Shown: piece by piece, positions 43,287 to 52,092 of the stretch
Numbering within the stretch: the stretch's first letter is position 1
How the letters are laid out: each line of letters opens with the position of its first letter
Assembly: GCA_963812605.1 (NCBI GenBank)
Contig: CAWEWF010000004.1
Span: forward strand, 224,001 to 288,000
DNA from: an uncultured Verrucomicrobiae bacterium
Lineage (GTDB): Bacteria; Verrucomicrobiota; Verrucomicrobiia; Palsa-1439
Length of the DNA: 64,000 nt
Direction: 5' to 3'
Made by a program: the position numbers and the translations under genes
Notes under the pieces: model-generated
What the model was told of the DNA's origin: nothing
Seen by the model: the letters and a program-made list of their open reading frames with translations, nothing else
Databases searched by the model: none

Positions 43287-43499
43287 ATGAGCCGGAAGAA
43301 ATTATTGCCGCCGCGTGATCCGCTTTGTCGGGAATTGTATGCGAAACGGGCGGGGCGAACCTTGCCACAATTGCGCCGGGCCCTCGCAACCCTCGGGTGT
43401 TCCGTGTCGGAAATTACCGTGAAACAATGGTTACGCGGTCGCCATCGCCCCGGGCGATTTACCCGCCCGCTGCTCACCAAGGCGCTGAAGAAACTATAG
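43287..43499 (+). CDS. Small XRE/Cro-like HTH protein
   Basis: TLPQLRRALATLGCSVSEITVKQWLRGRHRP fits the XRE pattern; lies downstream of the TATAAT promoter. Confidence 0.6.
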   Translation: MSRKKLLPPRDPLCRELYAKRAGRTLPQLRRALATLGCSVSEITVKQWLRGRHRPGRFTRPLLTKALKKL

Positions 43500-43534
43500 T
43501 AGCGAGCAAGAAACTTCCGTCATGACGGCAGACC

Positions 43535-44605
43535 TTACCCATTCACGTTCGGATAACTGCCAAGGATTTTCACGAACATCGTGTGTTTCGCCAATTCGGC
43601 GAGCGCTTTCTTTACCAGCGCGTCTTCGCAATGGCCGAGGATGTCCACGAAGAAGTAATACTCCCACGCCTTCTTTTTGCTGGGACGCGACTCGATCTTG
43701 GTCATGTTGATCTTGAATTTCTTGAAGGATGCGATGGAATCGTGCAGCGCGCCGACGTGGTCCTGCACCGAGAACATAATGGACGTTTTGTCGTTGCCCG
43801 TACGCCCAGGATACTTGCGCCCGATGACGAGGAAGCGCGTCACGTTCTCGCTCGAATCCTGGATGTTGGCCTCGAGGATCGTCAGCCCGTACATCTCGGC
43901 GGCGAGCGAACTCGCCAACGCGCCCGCGTTCGGTTCCGTCTTCGCAATCTGCGCCGCGCGGGTGCTGCTCGACGTTTCAATCAACTCAACGTGCGACATA
44001 TTGAGCTGCAGCCACTGGCGACATTGTGCCAGCACTTGCGGAATTGAATAAATTTTCTTGATCCGGTCACGCGCGACGGCGGCCATCAGGTTGTGGCGGA
44101 TGGGCAGCACGATCTGCGCGCAAATCTTCAGCTCGCTGTCGAGGAACATGTCATACGTATGCGTGACCGCGCCTTCCGTGGAGTTTTCAATCGGCACGAC
44201 ACCGTAGTCGGCGCGGCCTTTCGATACTTCCACGAAAACGTCGGTGATACTTGGCAACGGCTCGTATTTCAGGCTCGACCCGAATTTCTTGATCACGGCG
44301 AGGTGCGAATATGACGCTTCGGGGCCGAGATAGGCGATCACCAACGCCTTCTCGAGCGCCAGCGACGCGGACATGACCTCGCGGTAGATGGCGCGCAACG
44401 AATCGGCGGGCAGTGGCCCTTCCCCCTTTTCCACGATCCGGCGCAGCACCGCGTCCTCGCGGTCGGGCGCATAGATTTCCCCGCCCGACGTGTGCTTGAT
44501 CTTGCCGATTTCGAGCACGAGCTTCGTCCGCTCGTTCAACAAGCGGACCAGCTTCGAGTCGAGCTCGTCAATTTTACTGCGCAGCGGCTGGAGTTTGTCC
44601 TTCAT
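43535..44605 (-). CDS. pheA: Chorismate mutase / prephenate dehydratase
   Basis: LRSKIDELD..LLNER, AYLGPEASYS, VPIENSTEG, NVTRFLVIG, KIESRPS. Confidence 0.96.
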   Translation of the reverse strand: MKDKLQPLRSKIDELDSKLVRLLNERTKLVLEIGKIKHTSGGEIYAPDREDAVLRRIVEKGEGPLPADSLRAIYREVMSASLALEKALVIAYLGPEASYSHLAVIKKFGSSLKYEPLPSITDVFVEVSKGRADYGVVPIENSTEGAVTHTYDMFLDSELKICAQIVLPIRHNLMAAVARDRIKKIYSIPQVLAQCRQWLQLNMSHVELIETSSSTRAAQIAKTEPNAGALASSLAAEMYGLTILEANIQDSSENVTRFLVIGRKYPGRTGNDKTSIMFSVQDHVGALHDSIASFKKFKINMTKIESRPSKKKAWEYYFFVDILGHCEDALVKKALAELAKHTMFVKILGSYPNVNG

Positions 44606-45260
44606 TCTGGTGCTCTGGTGGCGCAAGCGTCCCTGCCTGCGTCTTTTCTTCTGTCGCCCCTTCCGCCTTCGGCTCGGGCGTTTTCAACTTGGCGGCCTGC
44701 AGGCGCAACTCGGCCGCCTTGGGCATGTCATCCAGGTCGCGCAGGCCGAAGTGTTCGAGAAATTTCTGGGTGGTGCCGTACTGCATCGGGTGACCCGGCG
44801 CGTCGCTTTTGCCGGTAACGGTAATCAGGTCGCGTTCCAGCAACGTCCGGATAACGCCATCGACTTCCACGCCGCGGATCGCCGCAATATCGGCCCGGCA
44901 AATCGGCTGTCGGAGCGCGATAATGGAAAGTGTTTCGAGCGAAGGCGGGGACAAGCGGTGCGGGCGGGCTTCATCCAACAACTTCTTCAACCAGGGCGCG
45001 TATTCCGATCGGCTCACGATGCGCCAGCCGCCGGCGATTTCCACCAACTGGAAACTGCGCTGCTGCAAGTCGTATTCCGCTTTGAGTTCGTCGAGTGCCG
45101 CCACGATTTGCGCCTCACGGCAGTTGCGGAACGGCTCCGTCATGCCGGCGTGCTCCTCGTCCGTCGCCTCGGCGAAAATCGTGCGAATTTCCTTCGGCGA
45201 GAGCGGTCGCTCCGCCGAGAACATCAACGCCTCCACAATCTTTTTCAGTTCCAATGTCAT
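44574..45260 (-). CDS. scpB: SMC-Scp complex subunit ScpB
   Basis: IVEALMFSA, ETLSIIALRQPI, IRGV, YGTTQKFLEHFGL. Confidence 0.95.
   Translation of the reverse strand: MTLELKKIVEALMFSAERPLSPKEIRTIFAEATDEEHAGMTEPFRNCREAQIVAALDELKAEYDLQQRSFQLVEIAGGWRIVSRSEYAPWLKKLLDEARPHRLSPPSLETLSIIALRQPICRADIAAIRGVEVDGVIRTLLERDLITVTGKSDAPGHPMQYGTTQKFLEHFGLRDLDDMPKAAELRLQAAKLKTPEPKAEGATEEKTQAGTLAPPEHQNEGQTPAAAQ
44617..44641. repeat. REP-like palindrome inside the scpB tail
   Basis: ggtggcgcaagcgtccctgcctgcg, a variant of the 29114 element; translated as TQAGTLAP. Confidence 0.75.
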
Positions 45261-45268
45261 CGTTTTTC

Positions 45269-45335
45269 GTAGAACGGGCGTCCCGCCCGTTTATATTCCT
45301 GTTGCACGGCTGAACGGGCGAGACGCCCGTTCTAC
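45269..45335. repeat. REP doublet between scpA and scpB
   Basis: GTAGaacgggcgtcccgcccgtt and inverted aacgggcgagacgcccgttCTAC. Confidence 0.8.
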
Positions 45336-46063
45336 TATGCCACTTTAATTACCCGTATCTCCCCAAAAGCCTCGGCCTGTTGCACCTTCAGCCGTTTCAT
45401 CCGAATCAATTCCAGCAACGCCAAAAATGTCACCACCACTTCCGCCCGCGATCCGGCGTTGGCAAACAGCTCGCTGAAAATCATCTCCGACCGGTCCCGC
45501 AGAGTATAAAGGATTTCCTCAATTTTGTCGCTAACCGTGAATCGTTCCTCCAGGATCTCATGAAAGTCCTCCCGCGCCGTGGCCTTCTTCAACACATCGT
45601 TAAACGCATTGATCAGGTCGAAAATACTGACCTCCGCCAGCGGCACGTTCTTGTCCGCCTCGATCCCCGCATCGGGACCCTGGCGCGGAAAAATGTTGGC
45701 CTGCTCCTCTTCGCGCTTGCTGAGTTGCGCGGCCGCGTCCTTGAACTTCTTGTACTCGACCAATTGGCGGATCAATTCCCACCGTGGGTCTTCCCCCTCT
45801 TCGGCCTCCGCGTCCGTGACCTGCTGGTCGACCGGCAGCAACATGCGGCTTTTGATGTACATCAGCGTGGCTGCCATCACGAGGAATTCACCCGCCACTT
45901 CCAGATTGAGCATCTGCATCAGGCCCAGGTATTCCATGTACTGGTTCGTGATCCGCTCAATGGGAATATCGTAGATATCGACTTCCTCTTTCTTGATGAG
46001 GTACAGCAACAAATCCAGCGGGCCCTCGAAGACCTCCAATTTTACTTTGTAATCCGCTTCCAT
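45335..46063 (-). CDS. scpA: Segregation/condensation protein ScpA
   Basis: FEGPLDLLLYLI, EFLVMAATLMYIKSRMLLP, VVTFLALLEL. Confidence 0.96.
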   Translation of the reverse strand: MEADYKVKLEVFEGPLDLLLYLIKKEEVDIYDIPIERITNQYMEYLGLMQMLNLEVAGEFLVMAATLMYIKSRMLLPVDQQVTDAEAEEGEDPRWELIRQLVEYKKFKDAAAQLSKREEEQANIFPRQGPDAGIEADKNVPLAEVSIFDLINAFNDVLKKATAREDFHEILEERFTVSDKIEEILYTLRDRSEMIFSELFANAGSRAEVVVTFLALLELIRMKRLKVQQAEAFGEIRVIKVA

Positions 46064-47326
46064 TCAGGAAATCTTCTCGTTCGCCTCCGTGGCCAGCAAA
46101 TCGTCCACTGTCTCCCGCCGCGAAAACATCGTCACCGACCCGTCCTCCTCCAGCATCAACTGCGGCGCGCGCCCCAATGAATTGTAATTCGAACTCATGG
46201 CGTATCCGTAGGCCCCCACGTCGTGCAGGAGCAGCAGATCGCCGACGCGCGGCGTCGGCAAGCGGCGCGGGACCAGCAGTTCGTGCCCGTCGCGCGTGAA
46301 GATATCGCCCGACTCGCACAGCGGCCCGGCCACCACCACGTCGGTCATTCCATCGCGCTCATGACGCCCGGCAATGGTGATGCGGTGGAACGACCCGTAC
46401 ATCGCGGGCCGCAATAGGTCGGTGAAACCCGCGTCCACCATCACAAACGTTTCCCCGTTGCCGCGCTCATTCGTTTCCGTCCGCTTCACATCGGTCACGC
46501 GCGCAACCAGCGTCACCGCGGGCGCGACGAGATAACGTCCAGGCTCGATCTCCAACCGCACGTCGCGTTCCGCCGCGCTGCAAAAACTGGCCCGCGCCTC
46601 TTCCAATACCGACCGCAGCGGTTCCAGCGCAGGCTGATCGTTCGCATTCCGGTAATTGTGCGGAATGCCGCCGCCCAGGCTGACCGCGGTCAGCTTCGGG
46701 AATTGCGGGATGAACTCGACAAATTCTTTCGCCAGCCGCTGCATGTTGTCCAGCAACTCCGGGAACTTCGGCCCGCTGCCGATGTGCGCGTGCAGCATGG
46801 TGACCGACATGCCAAATCTTTCCGCCCGGATGGCCACGTCGCCGATGTCATTGAACCAGATTCCGTGCTTGGAACTCGGTCCGCCCGTGTCGCAGGCGTT
46901 GACATGACCATGACCGAAACCGGGATTGACCCGCAGCGAAATCGGCCCCTCATATCCCGCGTCCCGCAATTCGTTCAACATCCCCGGCGAACCAAGGTTC
47001 GGCATCACACCGTGCTCGCGCAGGATCGCGATGGCCCCATCGCGAAACACGTCGCTCGTGTACAGGATCGACGAACCCGGAAAACCCGCGCGGCGTGCCC
47101 GCAAGACCTCGTTGCCCGAGACCGCGTCAATCCAGATGCCGGCCTCCAGCATCTCCTTCAAGATTCGTGTCGCGGGACACGCTTTCATGGCGTAGCGCGC
47201 CTGCAATCCCTCGCCTTCGGTGAGAAGCTTGATGGCGGCAATCCGCTCGTGCAACAAGGCGGCGTCGCAGATCCAAAACGGCGTGCCGACCTTCTCCGCT
47301 AACGGTTGGAGGATGTCGGCATTCAT
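46064..47326 (-). CDS. lysA: Diaminopimelate decarboxylase
   Basis: RYAMKA, DAVSGNE, TGGPSSKHGI, HAHIGSG, EIEPGRY, RPAMYG, GPLCESGD, GAYGYAMSSNYN. Confidence 0.93.
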   Translation of the reverse strand: MNADILQPLAEKVGTPFWICDAALLHERIAAIKLLTEGEGLQARYAMKACPATRILKEMLEAGIWIDAVSGNEVLRARRAGFPGSSILYTSDVFRDGAIAILREHGVMPNLGSPGMLNELRDAGYEGPISLRVNPGFGHGHVNACDTGGPSSKHGIWFNDIGDVAIRAERFGMSVTMLHAHIGSGPKFPELLDNMQRLAKEFVEFIPQFPKLTAVSLGGGIPHNYRNANDQPALEPLRSVLEEARASFCSAAERDVRLEIEPGRYLVAPAVTLVARVTDVKRTETNERGNGETFVMVDAGFTDLLRPAMYGSFHRITIAGRHERDGMTDVVVAGPLCESGDIFTRDGHELLVPRRLPTPRVGDLLLLHDVGAYGYAMSSNYNSLGRAPQLMLEEDGSVTMFSRRETVDDLLATEANEKIS

Positions 47327-48288
47327 CGTAGCCCCACGGCGTCGCGCACCCGCTCCATGGTTTCGTTCGCGACGGCGTTGGCGCGTTCCGCGCCTTTGCG
47401 CAACGTCTCATGGACATAATCCAGATTCTTCACGAGTTCCTCGCGTTTCTTGCGGAATGGCGCAAAATAATCTGTCAACGTCCCCAATAGTTCCTTCTTC
47501 GCGTCACCATACCCAAAGCCGCCGGCGGCCAGTTTCGCCTGCAATTCTTGCGCTTTGGCGGGAGTGGCGACCAGCCTGTAAAGTTGCAAGGGGACGTTCT
47601 TATCGAGATCCGTCTTGGGCGCCTCAACCGGCTGCGAGTCAGTGACGACGCTCATCACTTTTTTCCGCGTTGCCTTCTCGTCGCCAAAAATCTCGATCGT
47701 ATTGTTGTAGCTCTTCGACATCTTGCGACCATCGATCCCCGGCAGCGTCGCCACATCCGGCTGAATGTCCGCCTCGGGTATGACAAAGACTTCGCCGTAC
47801 TGGCGGTTGAAGGTGCCGGCGATGTCGCGCGCAATTTCGAGGTGCTGCTTCTGGTCTTTGCCGACGGGCACCCGTTCACCTTGCACGATGAGAATGTCCG
47901 CAGCCATGAGCACGGGATACGTGAAAAGACCACCATTTGGCTTGTGGCCCTGCGCGATGGCGTCCTTGTAAGCATGCGCGTTCTCCAGCATCGGCACTGG
48001 CGTGAGGTTGAGCAGGATGGAGGTCAACTCCGTCACCTGCGGCACGTCGCTTTGGCGGTAGAACACCGTTTTGGATGGATCCAGGCCACACGCCAAAAAG
48101 TCCAACGCGATATCCAGCGAGTTCTCGCGCAATTCCGCGGCCTTGTTGATCGTCGTCAGCGCATGGTAATCGGCGATGAAATAAAACGCCTCGCCCTTCT
48201 GCGCCAGTTCGAGCGCCGGGCGCATCATGCCGAAGTAATTGCCAATGTGTAACTTACCGCTTGGCTTAATGCCGGATAGAATTCGCAT
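47323..48288 (-). CDS. trpS: Tryptophan--tRNA ligase
   Basis: LHIGNY, YPVLMAADIL, VPVGKDQKQHLE, KMSKS. Confidence 0.97.
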   Translation of the reverse strand: MRILSGIKPSGKLHIGNYFGMMRPALELAQKGEAFYFIADYHALTTINKAAELRENSLDIALDFLACGLDPSKTVFYRQSDVPQVTELTSILLNLTPVPMLENAHAYKDAIAQGHKPNGGLFTYPVLMAADILIVQGERVPVGKDQKQHLEIARDIAGTFNRQYGEVFVIPEADIQPDVATLPGIDGRKMSKSYNNTIEIFGDEKATRKKVMSVVTDSQPVEAPKTDLDKNVPLQLYRLVATPAKAQELQAKLAAGGFGYGDAKKELLGTLTDYFAPFRKKREELVKNLDYVHETLRKGAERANAVANETMERVRDAVGLR

Positions 48289-48352
48289 GGCTCGTGCACC
48301 ATACGAAATGCGCGGCAGGCGTTGCGAGGAAAAAATCAGCGTGGCGCGGCGG

Positions 48353-49099
48353 TCAGTACTTGTACACGAGCGCGCTGATGAGCGTGATGTCGTTTTCCTT
48401 ACGACCCCCGGCTGGCATGCTGTTGAATTTATCCGCCGCGACAATGCGGAGACTCAAGCGCGTGTTCAGCGCCGCTTCCGCGCCGACTTCTGAATTCACG
48501 AGGTAGTTGTTGAAATCATCCACCTGGGGCAGGTAATCAACCTGTTCCCAGATCTTTGATCCCTTGTTAAGGGCGTGCTCGGCGCGCTCCGTCACGCGCA
48601 TTGTCACGTAACTCTTGTTCTCACCGCCCAATCGTTCGGTGATAAACGAAGGGCCAATTTCACCGTTCACTTTTGTCGAGTCGCTCTTGATAAAGTAGTA
48701 GCCAATCGCTGGACCGACGATCAACCGATAGCGGACCGCGGCGATATCGTCGTGCGTTCCATCCACATTCAAATCCCCGTAGAATCGATCTGTGATAAGC
48801 CGCTTGTAATCAGCGAATCCATGGATGCTGTTGGCCGACTGCGTCTGGTTGCTCTGGCCCCAGTTGTTAAGTCCGTACTGGCCATCGGCGCCGAATTTTA
48901 ATTCGTTCTGCTCCCAGGCGCGTTGCGCCAACGCGCTGGCGTTCATCAGAAACGTATTCGCGTTGCCCCTCGCCAGTGACAAGCCGAACGCCACGTTGCC
49001 GTTCCAATTCGTATTCGGAGCGTCGGCGGCTTTGGCGCCCCGAGCCCAAGTCATGACCAGCAACGCAGAACAACCGATAGTCAAAACCTTCATTTTCAT
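48353..49099 (-). CDS. DUF481 outer-membrane beta-barrel protein
   Basis: Signal peptide, LSLARGNANT, GPAIGYYFIK, alternating strands, terminal aromatic LVYKY. Confidence 0.8.
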   Translation of the reverse strand: MKMKVLTIGCSALLVMTWARGAKAADAPNTNWNGNVAFGLSLARGNANTFLMNASALAQRAWEQNELKFGADGQYGLNNWGQSNQTQSANSIHGFADYKRLITDRFYGDLNVDGTHDDIAAVRYRLIVGPAIGYYFIKSDSTKVNGEIGPSFITERLGGENKSYVTMRVTERAEHALNKGSKIWEQVDYLPQVDDFNNYLVNSEVGAEAALNTRLSLRIVAADKFNSMPAGGRKENDITLISALVYKY

Positions 49100-49174
49100 G
49101 TGTGTAATCTCCATTCAGTTTGCGGGGGAAACGGCGCACACAATGCCGTAGAATTGCGACGGGGGTCAAGCGTT

Positions 49175-50359
49175 TTAGTGAGGCTGAAGCAGACTGGTGC
49201 CGAGCGATTCAATCTTCTGCGCGGCGGCGGCTGGCGTGATCTGCCCAAGGGCCACGGCATCAGTCGTTTCAAAGAATGCTTTCTGATTGAACTCGTCCCA
49301 GAAGACGTAGCCCCACGGGTTGTCGAGATGGGAGTACTTCAATGCTGCCATCATCGCCGGCGGAAATTGGGCCGAGGCGCCGGCGATTTTCAACGCGGGG
49401 ATTGCGTTGCGGCTCTTCGCGGCGATTTTCGCGCCTTCGGTGGAATAGAACCGCGCGAACTCCCACGCTTCCTGCGGGTGCTTTGTGCCGCTCCATACGC
49501 AATTGCCGCCGACGGACAACCGCGACCAGCGTAACTTTTCCTTCGGCACGGGCGCCACATCCCAGCGAAAATTCGCGATGTGATCAAACTCCGTCAGCAT
49601 ATACGTGCGTCCCACGAGCACCGGGATTTTCCCGTCGCGGAATAGATTCACGCCGTCAAACGCCTCCACCTCGCCCATCGCCGCCGTCGTCGGCGCGACG
49701 CCGCGCGCCACCAGCTCGCGGTAGAATTGGAGCGCGGCAATTGTCTCAGTTGAGTTCACCGTACACCGTCCCCCGGCAAAAAGCACCCCGCCGAACGATT
49801 GCACCAGGAGGAGCGGTCGCGGCAATACGGTCGGTATCCGCGCCTGTCGTTGCGCGGCCAGGCGGAGTGCGACTTCGGCAAACTTTTCCCAGGTCCACGA
49901 TTCGTCTGGAGCGGACTCTCCCGCCTTCTCAAACCAGTCGCGGTTGTAAAAAAGAATGTCGGTGCTGTAGTGGAACGGAACCATGTACAATTTGCCGTTG
50001 ATGCGACAGGATTCGACGACTTCGGGATAGAATTGGTCCGCCAGGGACGAAAACTTTTCCGTCAGGTCGGCAACCTGGCCCCGCTGCGCCAGTGCGGGAA
50101 GTCGATCCACCACGTAGTAGAACAAATCGGGCGCCGCTCCGCCCGCCAGTTGCACGTTCAGCTTCTGAAACTTGGATGTGTCATAGATCACCCGCACACG
50201 GATTTGCGGATGCGATTTTTCGAATTCCGCAATGATCTGTTGATGGAGCGCTTGCTGCTCGGGCAGCGTCTCAATGGTTTGGTAGGTGATTTCGACCCGG
50301 TTGTCGCCCGGCTTCACGCAGCCAGCCAAGAGCAGCAAGCCGATCAACCACCTTCTCAT
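49175..50359 (-). CDS. Sugar ABC transporter substrate-binding lipoprotein
   Basis: Lipobox LLAGC, EFEKSHP, GAAPDL, LFYNRD, WTWE, WDVAPVP. Confidence 0.9.
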   Translation of the reverse strand: MRRWLIGLLLLAGCVKPGDNRVEITYQTIETLPEQQALHQQIIAEFEKSHPQIRVRVIYDTSKFQKLNVQLAGGAAPDLFYYVVDRLPALAQRGQVADLTEKFSSLADQFYPEVVESCRINGKLYMVPFHYSTDILFYNRDWFEKAGESAPDESWTWEKFAEVALRLAAQRQARIPTVLPRPLLLVQSFGGVLFAGGRCTVNSTETIAALQFYRELVARGVAPTTAAMGEVEAFDGVNLFRDGKIPVLVGRTYMLTEFDHIANFRWDVAPVPKEKLRWSRLSVGGNCVWSGTKHPQEAWEFARFYSTEGAKIAAKSRNAIPALKIAGASAQFPPAMMAALKYSHLDNPWGYVFWDEFNQKAFFETTDAVALGQITPAAAAQKIESLGTSLLQPH

Positions 50360-52071
50360 CGCAAGGCCTTCTGGACGTCCCAGTGGCTTCGCTGCAATCG
50401 CTCGCGCGCCTGCTCTTCACTACACCGCTTGAGAGTCGCGACAATGCGGCACGCCCGCACGCGCAGTTTCTCGTTCGTTGGTTTCAAGTCCACCATCAGG
50501 TTACTGGCGACCTTGCCAAGTCGAATCATGGCGATCGTCGTCAGCATGTTCAGCACAAGCTTGGTGGCCGTCCCGGCCTTCAGTCGTGTTGAACCCGTGA
50601 TCACTTCCGGCCCGGTTCGAAAAAAGAGCGGCGTGTGGTTCTGGGATCGTGGTGGGGAAAAACACAGCAGAAACGTCTTCGCGCCTTTCCGTTTGGCCTC
50701 GTCCAGCGCGCCCAGTACGAACGGCGTCGAACCGCTGGCCGCGATGCCGATGACAACATCGCGCCGGCCAACGCCGCGCGCTCGCACGGCTTCCGCACCC
50801 GCCGCGGGGTCGTCCTCGGCGCCTTCCACGGCGGTGTGCAATGCTGTGGCGCCACCGGCGATGATTGCCTGCACCTTCTCGGGGTCAGTCGAGAAAGTAG
50901 GTGGGCATTCGCTGGCATCCAGGACCCCCAACCGTCCGCTCGTTCCCGCGCCGATGTAGAACAATCGCCCGCCGCGCTGAAACGCGCGGACAATGTCCTT
51001 GATCGCCCGCGCAATCACGCGTTTGTTCTTCCGCAGCGCAGGAATCACACGGGCTTCCTCGTTCAGCATCGTATCGATGAGTCGCGACACAGACCGCTTG
51101 TCCAAATCCATCGTCCGTGGATTACGCTGCTCGGTCAAAGACAATGGCGAAGGCTGCAATTTGAAAGCGGAATCAGCGCGTGTTGGCTTTACGCCGGCTA
51201 ACACCAGCGCCCCGGCCGCCGACTCGCGCTTCGGCGACAAAAATGCGCGCGCGCGGGAAAAGCATTCGCAGCCGATGCGTGACCATATAGCGGAATCGCC
51301 TGTGTTTGGTCAGCAGCCCGCCCACAAGGGCAATGTCAGGATTGCCGAGCCCAAGTTTCCTCGCCACGGCTTCGCAATCCATCGCCAGAAATGATGCGGC
51401 TTGCAGAGTCAGCCGGCTGCCGTCTTCATCGAGGAACTCGGTGGCCAACGCGGCGACCTCCGCTTTGTTCGCGATTTGGATCCAATCGACCAATTCGTCG
51501 GGTGAGTTCAGGCAAAGACGGCGCAGCACGCGACGCAGCGCAGGGGTTATCATGCCGCGACGATCGTGCTCGCGGACGGCCGCGCGCAGACCGGTCAAGG
51601 CGATCCAATAGCCACTGCCGTGGTCGCCGAGCAGGTGGCCCCAGCCGCCGGCCCGCGCGACTTGTTTGCCGTTGCGACCCATGACGCAGGAGCCGGTGCC
51701 GCTGATCACGAGGATGCCTGCGGCGTCCAGGCCGAATGCCGCCGCGAAGCCGGAATCCAAATCGCTGCCGACATAAACGGGCACACGCGGCCAGATCCGC
51801 TCGGCCAGCGCACGAACACGCGCCTGGTCGGCAACCGTGCGACAACCGGCAAGGCAGAGCGACCAGGACGAAGGACGAAGGGCAGCACGTTTCTTGATCT
51901 CATCGGAGCCGTTGAAGAACGTCTCGCATCGGAAGACAGTTTGAGATTGAGGGGGCCAAGTTCGAAGCGCTTGCGAATCCGGCCGCGCGCGTCGGCAAGC
52001 AGCGCGACGGTGCGCGTGCCACCGCCTTCGATGCCCAGGAAAAATGATCCGGCTTTCGGGTCCCCACCCAT
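50356..52071 (-). CDS. murQ: BadF-family GlcNAc/MurNAc kinase fused to MurNAc-6-P etherase; indels near 51240 and 51920
   Basis: LGIEGGGTRT, ISGTGSC, GGWGHLLGDHGSG, then TEQRNP, GAGTSGRLGVLDASECPPTF, GPEVITGSTRLKAGTATK. One-base removal in a T-run joins the domains (ILSPKRESAAGALVLA). Confidence 0.85.
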
Positions 52072-52092
52072 GCGGCGGGAATGTTAGCAGAT

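Noticed and set aside
40563-43499. Prophage call based on Gp37/Gp68 and the XRE gene
   Set aside because: No integrase, structural, replication or lysis genes; DUF5131-TcmP commonly occurs outside phages.
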